A model generated the notes under the pieces. That model was given only the letters and a program-made list of their open reading frames with translations, did no database searches and had not been told where the DNA came from. A stretch of DNA of 62,730 bases, filler included, from Basidiobolus ranarum (taxonomy: Eukaryota), in NCBI GenBank assembly GCA_040143965.1. It is 36 parts of 36 records of this genome, joined end to end, with 100 filler letters (N's around TTAATTAATTAA, not from the genome) between each part and the next. Parts side by side here need not be neighbours in the genome. Positions count along the whole stretch, not along the records: positions 1 to 1,651 come from JASJQH010011499.1; positions 1,752 to 3,402 come from JASJQH010011500.1; positions 3,503 to 5,152 come from JASJQH010011501.1; positions 5,253 to 6,902 come from JASJQH010011502.1; positions 7,003 to 8,652 come from JASJQH010011503.1; positions 8,753 to 10,402 come from JASJQH010011504.1; positions 10,503 to 12,152 come from JASJQH010011505.1; 29 more parts are not named here. One strand, given 5' to 3'. Position numbers and translations under genes: made by a program. The first letter of the stretch is position 1, and each line of letters starts with the position of its first letter. Positions 1-11,033 of this stretch are shown here, in pieces.

Positions 1-199
1 GAGCCATTTTTCATTAGCCACCACAGGTGAGAATGAATCAGGCAAAAGTCTGGGTGGATTTGATCTCTCCAGAGCTTGAAAATGGCTGTCTGTGGTGTTT
101 TCCGTATATGCAACCTTCACACTGATCCAATGTGGTGATATTTTAAAATTTCTAAGCCTGAAACAAGCTGATTTTGGATCCTTTAGGTCTGTTTTTGTT

Positions 200-700
200 C
201 CCCAATGTGGCCTAATTTTCCATTCCATATTTGTCAGCTTATTTCACCAGCTTTGGCCAAGTTAGCATGCTTAGAATGCAATTTGTTGATTTCTAGCTTG
301 TATAGGTTTGGGATTTTGATCCCAGTAGCTAATTTGGTATTGCTCTGAGTTGTGATAGTGCATCCATCCTTGATGAACACAGAATTTAGTCCTTGAGTTG
401 TTGCTTGGCTTACTGAGAGTAGATTCTTGGCTACATTTGGTGCATAGAGCACATCATCCAATTTTGCAGATGGTGAAGCTGAATTTTGGTCACAATTAAG
501 CACAACTGTACCCTAGCCAACTGCATCTAGTGCATAGTCATCTCCTAAGTAAACTCTCCTTGTTTAGACTGGTTTAGGCTGGAAAACCAATCTTTCCAGT
601 TTGACATATGCTGGGAAGCTCCTGAATCAATGTACCATGTTTCTGAGTCTTCTTTAGTGGTTTCTGATAGAGCAGACACAAATAAATGATCCATATCAAT
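200..700 (-). mobile_element. Ty1/copia pol fragment (protease to GAG-pre-integrase region), degenerate
   Basis: The minus strand near 605-640 reads TWYIDSGASQHMS. ORF 234..503 contains DVLYAPNVAKNLLSVSQ, typical of the copia post-protease region. Stop codons are present. Confidence 0.85.
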
Positions 701-706
701 GCTCAC

Positions 707-1058
707 CAATATAAGCTTTTAGCAATTTGGAAGAGTTGTGAACAAGATTAGGATTTGCCAGTTATATACTTAAGCTTTGTTGAATTGAATATATTGTATT
801 TTTAGTTTACTATAAAATAGGACTACTAGAGGTGCTTAGATCATAACAAATATGCCTGTTAAGCATGGGTGAAAATTTGATGTGATTTGGAGAAGTTTTG
901 AGAAATTAGTGAAAATTGATAAAAGTGATCTAAGTGATATTTCTATCAATTAGAGCAATAAACACACATCTTTGAACAACAGAATTGAGTAGTATATAAT
1001 CACAATGTGAATAAGCTAACTACTAAATATTCAGTTGCTATTTGCTTAATTTCACTAA
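707..1058 (-). repeat. Copia LTR family A (about 350 bp)
   Basis: Reverse complement of the LTR seen at 19607-20141, 37832-38181 and 61199-61549. A purine-rich tract (GAGGGGGA) precedes it on the minus strand. Confidence 0.8.
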
Positions 1059-1074
1059 TCCCCCTCAACAAATT

Positions 1075-1296
1075 ATTTTGTATTCAATATTGAACCTAAC
1101 TTATATCTTAATAACACAAACTGTGCTCTAGCTGAAGGATTGGTTAATATGTCAGCAATCATTTCTTTAGAAGGGTAACAGACAAGCTCAATTATATCAT
1201 TCTCTATTGCTTCTCTACAAAATGATCCCTAATATCTATGTGATTTGTTCTAGCATGCAATGTAGGGTTTTTAGCTAATGAAATACAACTTTGATT
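1075..1296 (-). mobile_element. Ty1/copia RNase H C-terminus, degenerate
   Basis: Homologous to 37572-37823 (QSCISLAKNP...IELVCYPSKEMIADILTNP). Confidence 0.8.
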
Positions 1297-1651
1297 AGAC
1301 TTGTTCTATCCTATTAAGCCAGATCAGGCCAGCTAAACAGTGTGCCAGCACAAATTGGCCCAATTGGGCACTATCTGTCATGCTGTTATTTACCATTTGA
1401 AAACAGTTTATTTTACTTATGTGGTATATTTAAGAAAAGTACTTTTAGACAATATGGCACATTCAAAAGATGATGAAAACTTTATTCATAGTGTCATAAG
1501 TCTAGAGCTCTCAATGGATTGCTTTGAATATGAATGTATTGAGAATTAATCAAGATTTTGACTACTCTGCCTAACTTTGATTGAGGCCCACAAAATGATG
1601 TGCCTCTATACTTTCCTGCTACATTGTTATATCTGTTTGGAAACCAAAGCT
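1297..1651 (+). mobile_element. One end of a longer element sharing the 182-bp MITE TIR
   Basis: Begins ATT|AGACTTGTTCTA exactly where the copia RNase H homology stops. The TIR matches GGACTTGTTC of the MITE, but the internal sequence differs and runs off the contig. Confidence 0.55.
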
Positions 1652-1751
1652 NNNNNNNNNNNNNNNNNNNNNNNNNNNNNNNNNNNNNNNNNNNNTTAAT
1701 TAATTAANNNNNNNNNNNNNNNNNNNNNNNNNNNNNNNNNNNNNNNNNNNN
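1652..1751. other. Artificial contig linker (first of 35 identical 100-bp spacers)
   Basis: 44 N + TTAATTAATTAA (stops in all six frames) + 44 N. It recurs about every 1.74-1.75 kb (3403, 5153, 6903 ... 60992). Contig lengths fall steadily from 1651 to 1639 bp. Confidence 0.99.
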
Positions 1752-1960
1752 TTAGAATGTTTTAGCAATTTCCGCTAAACATCAGTTTATTATACAGCAG
1801 ATGGATGCTAAAACTGCTTTTTTGAATGGTGAGCTTGCTGAGGAGACCTATATGGCCCAGCCAGATAGAATTGGTGGACCCAGAAAGCCCTGAAAAAGAT
1901 TCAAGACTCCAGAAAACACTCTATGGCTTGAAACAATCTCCAATAGCTTGGATTAGCAAC
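1752..1960 (+). mobile_element. Ty1/copia reverse transcriptase fragment
   Basis: Reads QQMDAKTAFLNGELAEETYMAQPD and, after a frameshift, LQKTLYGLKQSP. Confidence 0.9.
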
Positions 1961-1993
1961 ATAGTTGCTTTGTGGAAACATGCAAATTCTCTT

Positions 1994-3402
1994 GGATAAT
2001 TAATCTTTATTCAACAACATAGTTAACTTTAGTTATGATAGATATATCAGAAACAGAAAGTAATGTATCTATTGCCCAACATTCAATGGGTAATATTTCC
2101 ATGAATGGAAATTCAAGATTCAACTTGTGCTTGAAGGGAAACCTGTCTGCAAAGTAGTTTAACCAGGTGAAGGGGAAGAAACTTCAGAAGAGAGAAGTAC
2201 AGATTCTGGTGCTGAAACAAAGAAGCCAACATGTAAAGAAGCCAGGGCAACCTTCAAATAAACAGATGGATTGGCATTTAAGCAAATATGTCTAAGACTG
2301 GGATCATAACAACTTATGCTAGTCAGAGATGCTGACTCTGCCAAGAATGCTAGAAAAATTCTAGTGGAACATCATGAGCAAACAGGGCTTGTTCACTTGA
2401 TGATGCTACAAAGAAAATCTCAAACTCTTGTATGTCTGAGGATTCAGATATTATGACATATGTAAATGGTGTCAAGAAACTTACCCAACAACTGGAATCA
2501 GTAATTTATGAAGTACCTGAAATGGATATAGTTTTTACCATAATCTATGGTCTCCCTGAATCATATTTGGCTCTTGTCCTCACTTTGGAAGAAACTGGGG
2601 ATAAGCTTACTCAGCATTATTAGATCACTTGTCTATGTCAAAAAGAATTTAAGAGCATAGACAGAAGTCTGCTTGCAGATGAAACAAAAACAACACAAGA
2701 ACTTCAATCTCAGAGTAGCCAACCCGAAAGGGGCACTGTAAAATGTTACAAATGTGGAAAACTGGGACATATAGCACATTACTGCAGATCAAAGAAGAAA
2801 AGGGTTTCTAAGAAAAAGGAAGCATATAATGCCTCTAAGAAAGGAAATGAATACTATGTACTTATAGCAACCTCTGAATCAGGAAATGAATCTGACGATG
2901 TATGGATTCTAGATTCTGGTGCAAGTGATCATATGTGTGACAATAGAAACATAATGCATGACTATAAAGAAGGAGAGCCTCAGCACATCACAGTAGCTGG
3001 CAGAAACAAACTGGTTGCATATGGATTGGGAAAGTTCACACATGACTTACAAATAAGTAAGACATATTCCATCATTTACAACAAATCTGTTTTCGATTGG
3101 AGCAACTGAAAGAAACATTATAATGTCAAATTTAGCCAAGGAAAAGCTACCATGTACAAATCAAAGGACTTGATAGTAGCAACTGGAACAAGAGCTAGGA
3201 ATTTATATCACCTGGATATTGCATCAATAATTGAGACTGTTTCTAACTTTACAACAATTACTTCTGGAAACTTGATAACTTGGCATCAGCACTTGGGTCA
3301 TCTAAACTATAATAGTGTGAAACTGTTATATAAAAATAGCCTGTGTACTGGAATGGATCTTAAGCCCTCACATATTACTAAATGTGAAAGCTGTATTCAA
3401 GG
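1994..3402 (+). mobile_element. Copia family B: partial LTR fused to degenerate gag (zinc knuckle), protease and GAG-pre-integrase
   Basis: Motifs FHEWKFKIQLVLEG, KCYKCGKLGHIAHYC, WILDSGASDHM and WHQHLGHLN...CESC. The stretch 1994-2080 matches the LTR B start at 22406 and 54652. Confidence 0.9.
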
Positions 3403-3502
3403 NNNNNNNNNNNNNNNNNNNNNNNNNNNNNNNNNNNNNNNNNNNNTTAATTAATTAANNNNNNNNNNNNNNNNNNNNNNNNNNNNNNNNNNNNNNNNNN
3501 NN

Positions 3503-4810
3503 TTTGGAAATACTCCCTGAGCACTTTTACTTTTTTTATATGTCCTTTTGATAAGACACTACTGAGGGTGCTTTGCAGTGTTTATGCAGCTTGTTGCTTG
3601 TCTTTGAACTTGGGGCTACATTCAACACTTTGAAAAGTACCAGTTGAGGTTGAAGAGCCATGAGTTTTATTTGCTGGTGTTTTGGCTTGCTGGGAGGTGC
3701 CAGGTGTTGGATAAACTTCCAAATTTAGTACTCTTCCAACTGGTGTACCTAATTCCATGGTGAAATTAAGCTTTTTTGCTAGTATAGCTGACTCTAGGAA
3801 TGCTGATCTTTGCAATGGTGTAAAGAGTTTGGTAAGTGAGTCAGTAGAGCCTAAACTCACTGACTCCTTTGCTTTTCCCTTGGGCTTACTAACTTCCTGT
3901 TTCTGGAGTTCTTCTTTAGCTGCTTTTTTTTTCTTTTCCAAGGTGATAATTGTGTACATTTTTGAGATGTTTCATGAATAGGCCTATACTTGCCCAATTG
4001 CCATTTGCTTGCAAAAACACAGGATAAGCCACATGAAATAATTCAAGAACCTTCAGAGTAGGGCCTGGTTCTTGGTTTTTCCACAATTGGCTCAAATCCA
4101 GGTGATTTTGGGCAGGATTCAACACAGTTTCCAAATGTTAAACCACTCATCATCAGAACAAGTGAAGGCAGCTCTGACATTCAGAGTCTTTTGTCTTGCC
4201 TCTATTCCAATGTGATTTCTACTTTCATGTGCCCAAGCAATTTTGGGTTGTTGTGTATGCTTTAATGGTCCAACACATATTCTGCTCTGCTAGATTGTCA
4301 TGGTGATGTTCATATGTATGGTGTGGGATTGATTGAAATCCCCTATGCAAATGGAAGGAGGGAGCAGCATTTTGGTGTAGCTCAAGTACAGCATTCTCAA
4401 AGTCTTGTATCATAGTTTAGTGATTTTCTAACTGTTGACTAATTGCATCTGAATGATGCATTAACTGTGATATTGTGGCATTATTGCTTGTCTTGGCCTG
4501 TATAGCAACTTCAAAGTTTCTACTTATGAAAGCATACAAATCACTATGGTGTTCTGCCTGCAATTCCCTTGTTGTAATAATTCTATCCAAATTTTCTACA
4601 GAGGGTTGTTCAATAGTGGGCAAAGCAGCCATTTTGGAAGTTTGTGGTCTTGACGGTGTTTTGGTTGAACTTTGTGCAACTATTGATTTACTATGTAATT
4701 GAGGGATTACAAACTCATCACTTGCACTATTGCTTGAAAGGAACATATCTGGTAAATTGATTTATGCTTCATCATTACTTGAGCTAGTTTCCAGCATGTT
4801 GATGGGCTAT
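3503..4810 (-). mobile_element. CACTA/CMC-like element, ORF2 (unknown protein), degenerate copy
   Basis: ORFs 4417-4746, 4225-4413, 3916-4134 and 3582-3959 are consecutive pieces of one frameshifted gene, repeated at 15751, 47171, 52394 and 55320. Confidence 0.8.
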
Positions 4811-4819
4811 ACATAAAGT

Positions 4820-5152
4820 ACCACCCTTACACGGAAGGTGTTCTTTTTTCTACAATATCTTTCTCATGCCACAACACAGATGTTAAAAGAAGCCCTGCTA
4901 TTATTGTCACAAATTCTTGTGCTATGAAAGCTGGAGGCTTCATAGAAGAAATAACCACAAGCATGGTCACTGCACTAAGCCTGGAGTATAACAATAGTAA
5001 TAAGTACACTAAATCAACTTTAGTTTTGCCCATTGAGTCCACTGACTATAGTTTGCCTCAGAGTTTTGGTAACACTTGCAAAAGTCAAGACACTGTGGAG
5101 TTACCACAGTTACATGACCAGAATGATGTAGGTCAAAATGCAACTTTGGTCA
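4820..5152 (+). mobile_element. CACTA/CMC-like transposase, N-terminal region, degenerate
   Basis: Homologous to 28627-28990(-) and 61550 onward. Contains KKPCYYCHKF. Confidence 0.75.
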
Positions 5153-5252
5153 NNNNNNNNNNNNNNNNNNNNNNNNNNNNNNNNNNNNNNNNNNNNTTAA
5201 TTAATTAANNNNNNNNNNNNNNNNNNNNNNNNNNNNNNNNNNNNNNNNNNNN

Positions 5253-5900
5253 AATAGTTAACAAATGAGGTAAGATGCAGTGGAATACATATGCATAGTG
5301 GATTAGCAGGAACGATCGATTATCTATAGCAGACAAACTGGCTTTTATTGCGCACTACTTGACCCACCATTTCTCTATCATCAATGATCTCTTGTTTTAT
5401 AAGAAGAACCTTTATATTTCAGATCACACTTCCAGACTCAAAATCATGCAGGAAAGACATGACTCACCACTAGCAGGACACTTTGGTGTTGCCAAATCAT
5501 ATACAAGGGCATCCAGGGATTATTGGTAGCCCAAAATGTTTGCATTTGTGAAGATTATGTTTCCACTTGTGTTGGCTACTCTGGAAAAATATCAAAGCCA
5601 CTAGACCTTGTGATAAACTTGATCATAAAAGACTAGGGCCCTTAAGATTATTAAGCCAATCAATTCAATAGCCTTCTGCCTAGAATTCCTAGCCCATTTC
5701 AAAGCCCACAATGTATTCCATGTGTCTCTCTTAGAGCCACATGCCAGAAACACCTTCCAGGGCTGATCCATTGACTGACCACCAGCAATTCAAGTTGAAG
5801 AACACCCTGAATATGTAGTTAGCAAAATTCTAGATTCCAGAATTTATCAATGTAAATTGCAATATTTAATAGACTGGAAGGGATGCTCAATAAATGATCA
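5253..5900 (+). mobile_element. Ty3/gypsy chromovirus pol remnant (integrase zinc finger, SH3-like region, chromodomain)
   Basis: Motifs HDSPLAGHFGVAKSY...RDYW*PKM, AHNVFHVSLLEP and EEHPEYVVSKILDSRIYQCKLQYLIDWKG. The integrase core is deleted. Confidence 0.88.
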
Positions 5901-5929
5901 ACTTTGTAGTTTTTACTTACGATTTAATA

Positions 5930-6350
5930 CAAATCATTATGGTGTTCTGCCTGTGATTCCCTTATTGTAATAATTCTATCCCAATTTTCTGTAGTGTTGT
6001 TCAATAGTGGGCACAGTAGCCATTTTGGAAGTTGATGGTCTTGATGGTGTTTTGGTTGAACTTTGATCAACTATTGATTTACCATGTAATTGGGGGATTA
6101 CAATCTCTTTGCTTGCACTATTGACGGAAAGGAACACATCTGGTGATTTGATTAATGCTTCATCATTACTGGAGTTGGTTTCCGACATGTTAATGCCATC
6201 GAAAGTAGATAGTGAATTGCTAGACTGCTCATCAATTAAGTCCTCTGTTTGTGCTAGTTTTTTTCCTTTTGTGCCAGCAGGCTTTGGCTTGGAAGCCAAT
6301 TTTGATTTAGATTTTGAAAACTTTTTGAATGGCATTGAAATTTTCAGATG
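5930..6350 (-). mobile_element. CACTA-like ORF2 N-terminus
   Basis: ORF 5976..6335 MPFKKFSKSKSKLASKPKP overlaps the 4417..4746 peptide and 29139-29319(+). Confidence 0.75.
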
Positions 6351-6399
6351 GTAAACTGGTGTAATGAAATTGCTTAGAAACAGCTTTGTCCACTCATAA

Positions 6400-6762
6400 C
6401 ACTAACTGTAAAGGAAGCAGCATTGACTATTGAGGAGTGGAGAGTTCAATCCAATCTTGGCAACCAGGTGTTTATTGATTTTCTTACACTTTTACCACAG
6501 TTCATTGGCAATGGTTGCTTGCCACAGACCTGTTACAAGTGGAAAACACTTATCAATTGTATTACTTATAATCCTTCAGTAATTAAACTACCTTCATGTC
6601 CATATGATTGTTTGGCTTTCACCAGTGATCTGAAAAGCCTGAAGTCACGTACTGTTTGCACATAATTGGCAATCACTGAATCAGGTGAATATTGTTCATA
6701 TTTGGCTTACATACCGTTGATTCCCTGTCTTAAAATTTTGATGAAATTACCCAAACATAGAT
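6400..6762 (+). mobile_element. CACTA-like transposase fragment
   Basis: Homologous to 61960-62300 (EWRVQSNL...HVHMIVWLSPVI...CTHNWQS). Confidence 0.75.
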
Positions 6763-6902
6763 CCCTAACAGAAATTTGAGGATTGTTATTGTAGGAAAAC
6801 CATCACAATTTTAATCCATTTGGGATTGACTGTTTACTTACCATCATAAAATCATCAAGTTAGATTTGATTTTAATCAATTTTTTCAGTTTCAGGAGTGA
6901 AA
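6763..6902 (+). mobile_element. CACTA-like element end A (TIR CCCTAACAGAAAT)
   Basis: The same sharply bounded terminus occurs at 17238(-), 29320, 51797, 53472(-), 53655 and 54832, each with an unrelated flank. Confidence 0.85.
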
Positions 6903-7002
6903 NNNNNNNNNNNNNNNNNNNNNNNNNNNNNNNNNNNNNNNNNNNNTTAATTAATTAANNNNNNNNNNNNNNNNNNNNNNNNNNNNNNNNNNNNNNNNNN
7001 NN

Positions 7003-8048
7003 TGGTCAAATGGCACAAAGCTAATTGTAGGACCAAATAAGTGTTGATTTTTCCTGAGACGAGGATCTCGTTTTAGCTCCTCGCTCCGATAGCTTTGGTG
7101 TTTTAATCCGCATTGGACTTCGTGTGATACCTGCTCGATCAATGATGTAAGGCTCATGGCTGATTTTACAGTGATTCGGATAGGTATAACATTTGATGTC
7201 ATGCCAGGGATATGTCGAATTTCGCCAAAGCGAGCCTTAACTGGGAAGCCTAAAGTGACCTGATCAGCGCCAGTCCAACGGTGAATATATACAGCTATAA
7301 CAGCAATCCAAGCATAGATCAAGTGACGTGGGTCAGAGGCAAGAGAGGAGGCAGACTGAGGAGAGAAATGAATCGTCTGACAAATAGGCAAGTGTGTAGA
7401 GACAGCTTTTTTACTTGTCAGTGTTGCAAGCTCAGGCCAATTCTTACAGTAGTTTAGCCAATAGTCCTGATCTATTGTAAATTGAGTCGAGGCACGATAA
7501 TCAAGATCACTCTGGAGTAAGGTGGATAGGGGCTTCATTAAGCACTTGGCAGTAGTGGTATCATTAACCAGTGCACTATATATCTCAGCGGCGCGTTGCA
7601 AAATCAGTACACCACTATACCCATCAAATAGAATATGATGTGCGCACTGATACCAAAGATATTGGTCTTTTGCTACCTTTAGCAGGGTATATCTAACCTT
7701 CAGGCCATATTGAAGATTTATTGGCTGTGCACAATCAGCTCTCATCCAGGCTTCCGCGGCTTCTCGAGGATTAGGGTTAGTGCTGACGTCGATCAAGGGC
7801 AGTGACCAGTTGAGCGGACCAACGAACTGTTCTATGCCATTTTCTCCATTAACAAATTGAAGTCGTGTACATTCGGCTTCCATTAGTACTTGCAATAAGG
7901 CTCTCTCGAACAACGCCCTATCAATGAAACCAGGAATTTCTGCGTACTGAGCAATATTATAGATAGCGCTTTCGGGGTTGAGTTGTTGTGCCAGCCATAT
8001 TTCAGTTTGCCCAGAGGATAAGGGATACTTTTTTTGGTATGAATCCAT
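7003..8048 (-). CDS. Non-ribosomal peptide synthetase, N-terminal (starter-type) condensation domain, 3' truncated by contig end
   Basis: Intronless frame of about 348 codons with YPLSSGQTEIWLAQQLNPESAIYNIAQY, the catalytic HHILFDG motif, PGMTSNVIPIR and HQSYRSEEL. Confidence 0.93.
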
Positions 8049-8188
8049 TCTTTTCTGAATGCAGTTGTATGAACAAATAATCTATAGAAAGTCAAGGTAA
8101 CGAGATTTTTGTGTGATGCACGATCACCTAGCAATGATTTGCACAGTGCTGTAAATAATGGTTGAACCAAATGGACGGTTCATTGTAA

Positions 8189-8194
8189 TTTATA
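8189..8194 (-). promoter_or_regulatory. Candidate TATA box of the NRPS gene
   Basis: TATAAA on the minus strand about 140 bp upstream of the ATG. No Shine-Dalgarno motif is evident. Confidence 0.35.
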
Positions 8195-8537
8195 AGAATC
8201 ATCACGTGATTCCTTGAAATGGATGGAATGTATTTACATGTATGCGGTGTGATAACGGAGAAAAGAAATCTTTATCTTTATGGCATAGTGATGTAGAGTA
8301 CCAGGGGATGAGAAGTATGACAAGGTTTAGACCCCATTGCTGAAACACTAAACTACCAGACTGAGTACTAAGCACCACATTTTACTTATTTCCACCAGTC
8401 TGAGCATGACGTTTTCAAAAACAAGCTAATACACAATGCAGACCGTCGTTTCCAATTTCTGCATACTTTCCTAAATGTACTCATCAGCTTGGAAAGTTGT
8501 TATTAAAAACATTTGGTCACGTCTATCACATTTACTT

Positions 8538-8629
8538 AATGCTATTGAGTTCAACACACAAAATACTTAGTTTAAGCAAAATAAATGCTATTGAGTTCAA
8601 CACACAAAATACTTAGTTTAAGCAAAATA
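8538..8629. repeat. Perfect 46-bp tandem duplication
   Basis: AATGCTATTGAGTTCAACACACAAAATACTTAGTTTAAGCAAAATA x2. Confidence 0.95.
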
Positions 8630-8753
8630 GGTTGCATAAATATCTATACGATNNNNNNNNNNNNNNNNNNNNNNNNNNNNNNNNNNNNNNNNNNNNTTAA
8701 TTAATTAANNNNNNNNNNNNNNNNNNNNNNNNNNNNNNNNNNNNNNNNNNNNT

Positions 8754-9020
8754 GGCCCCAAGAGCCCAGTTCTCTACTCCACAAACGTGTATTGGATCTT
8801 GGCATTTGTAGTGGTTGGACTAATCCTGTGCTGCTTTGTACGTGTTACCATTCAAGATCGCCTGTTCCCCGCTGTTCCAGGGCAAATCATTCGTTTTCGA
8901 GCATTTGGTAAGATCGTGCGCCTTGTCAAAGGAGAAAACGGAATGAGATTCGAAAAATGCAGCAAAGAACAAGAACATGCAGAATGGACACAATACTTGA
9001 ATCAACGCTCTTCTCAATAA
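8754..9020 (+). CDS. C-terminal part of a probable membrane protein (5' truncated)
   Basis: The frame is open from the contig edge, has a hydrophobic segment YWILAFVVVGLILCCFV and shows normal CpG content. Confidence 0.45.
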   Translation, partial: GPKSPVLYSTNVYWILAFVVVGLILCCFVRVTIQDRLFPAVPGQIIRFRAFGKIVRLVKGENGMRFEKCSKEQEHAEWTQYLNQRSSQ

Positions 9021-9667
9021 TATAACCCTTAGATCATGTGTAATTATCACAGTTCTATTCAGCCTCACATCCATCCTATCTAATAACCACTAACTTATGG
9101 TTCTTTTTGGCATATCCTTTTGCATCTAAATAGCATCCTCAACTTTTTTGAGAATTGGATGCTAACGAAAATATGTGCTTCGTTTGGTGTTTTTGCCAAA
9201 TTCAAAAGATTCAATAACGAGCGTAAGGTAAAGCGTACGAGAGTTTCTATATCAACACTAATAAATACTTGTTTGAGTACAATCTGCTGAGCTATTATAT
9301 AATAAATCAAATCACGGTGCAATATTGTAAACATCCACTTCCAAGATCCGCGTTAAACCCCGGACTTTAGAGGAATAGGAGAAAAAGCGATTTGATTGGT
9401 CAAAGTGGGTTAAGTGATGATAGAGTATAAAGTGTTGCTTGGATACAAACGAAGAGGATCTACCACTTATGCCATGCTGCTCATTCAGTAAGAGTGCAGA
9501 ATCATAGCAATTTGATTTGTCAAAACAGATTTAAGGTCATGATCTTTGCAGTAAGATACAATTTTCCTACAGCTTTAACTGGGATACTTTTCTGGTAAGA
9601 GTGCAAAGTTAGACCATTGGATTAGTCAAAATGGGTATAGATTTTCTGGTAAGGGTAAGGATGAAAA

Positions 9668-9739
9668 CAGGGGGTGTGGGGGATGCAGTCCTCCCAGTAT
9701 AAAAAGAAAGCAGGGGGTTTGGGGGATGCAATCCCCCCA
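9668..9739. repeat. Two tandem G-rich hairpin units
   Basis: CAGGGGGTGTGGGGGATGCAGTCCTCCCA and CAGGGGGTTTGGGGGATGCAATCCCCCCA. Confidence 0.75.
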
Positions 9740-10502
9740 TGTACACCCCTCTCTCAAATATTAACAAGTTACCAGTATATGGGAAGAATTGGGCTTGCCC
9801 AAATTTTCAAAGGCCAGATTACTGAGCTTTGCCTGAAATCTTGAAGAAAAACTATTCCCAAAACTTCTACCAAGTCTTCACACAATTTTATAGATTGTCA
9901 AAATTTTGTGATGCTTCTCAATTTAATATGTACTAACAATTGATTTTCTTGGAATGTTCTTTTGTTTCACTTCCAAAAGTTTCTTAAGTAGGCCTATATA
10001 CTTGGAATTAAAATTCTAATTTCCAAGTCTTTATTTATTGATAGCTGATGCACACCTATGTGATAACTTAAAATTCTCAAGATTAACATTATCCAAATAT
10101 TTGGCTTCCTTAGGGTAAGGGGGAAACAGTCACCAACAGGTGAAATCTTTATTACAAACAAAACAAAGAAGCCATAACTACTTTTGTAGCTTCTTAATCA
10201 TAGTGTGAAGTTCTGGAGTATTGGTATGAATGTTGCAAAGTAGAAAAGTTAATTTTAGTAGAGTCTAAGACACTATTAAGTGGAGTGGGAGGGAGCAATA
10301 GAGGTAAAAATGGTCTGTCAACAATAGAAATAAGAGGAATGAGGCTAGGATTAACATAAAGCATAAAAGGAGTGTGTTTCTGAAGATATTGCTGCCAAAG
10401 GTNNNNNNNNNNNNNNNNNNNNNNNNNNNNNNNNNNNNNNNNNNNNTTAATTAATTAANNNNNNNNNNNNNNNNNNNNNNNNNNNNNNNNNNNNNNNNNN
10501 NN

Positions 10503-10692
10503 CTATGTATTCCTTGCTCAGACCTCAGTCTGATCAATGCCAGTTATCAATAAAGATTCTGGCCAAAGTATCTTCCTTGTCCAGTCTTGACTTGTCTTGT
10601 CTTGCCTTGTCTTGTGGTCTACACCCAAGTACTCTCCTGCCTTCTAGCCTCTTGTCATTGTTTCCAGTCCTTGTCCAGCTCCTTATTGTGAT
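10503..10692 (+). repeat. Gypsy-type LTR, 3' part
   Basis: Matches the reverse complement of 42212-42390 and also 59353-59392 (end TTATTGTGACA). Confidence 0.8.
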
Positions 10693-11033
10693 GCAGAAAT
10701 CAAAAGGGGAGTGATGTAGCTTCTGGAGCTGAGCAAAATAACTTGTGTAAACTTCATTATATTAGGCCAATATAAGAACAAGTTAATATAGCCACAGCTG
10801 AAAAGATAGACTGGAAAATCTGGCATAGGAGATTTGGCCATCTAGGAGCTGAAAATAAGGGATATTTAATCAAAACCAAGATGGTTTTGGGACTAAACTT
10901 TTTAAATCCACCAGATCTGGAGCCATGTGAAGGTTGTCTATATAGTAGGTAACACAGACAGCCATCTGTGGGCTTTGGAATAAGCAAAATTCATCAAAAT
11001 GTGGGCCAAATACACTCAGATCTGTGTGGCCCA
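10693..11033 (+). mobile_element. Copia GAG-pre-integrase fragment
   Basis: WKIWHRRFGHLGAE...CEGCLY...HSDLCGP. Homologous to 45630-45965. Confidence 0.85.
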
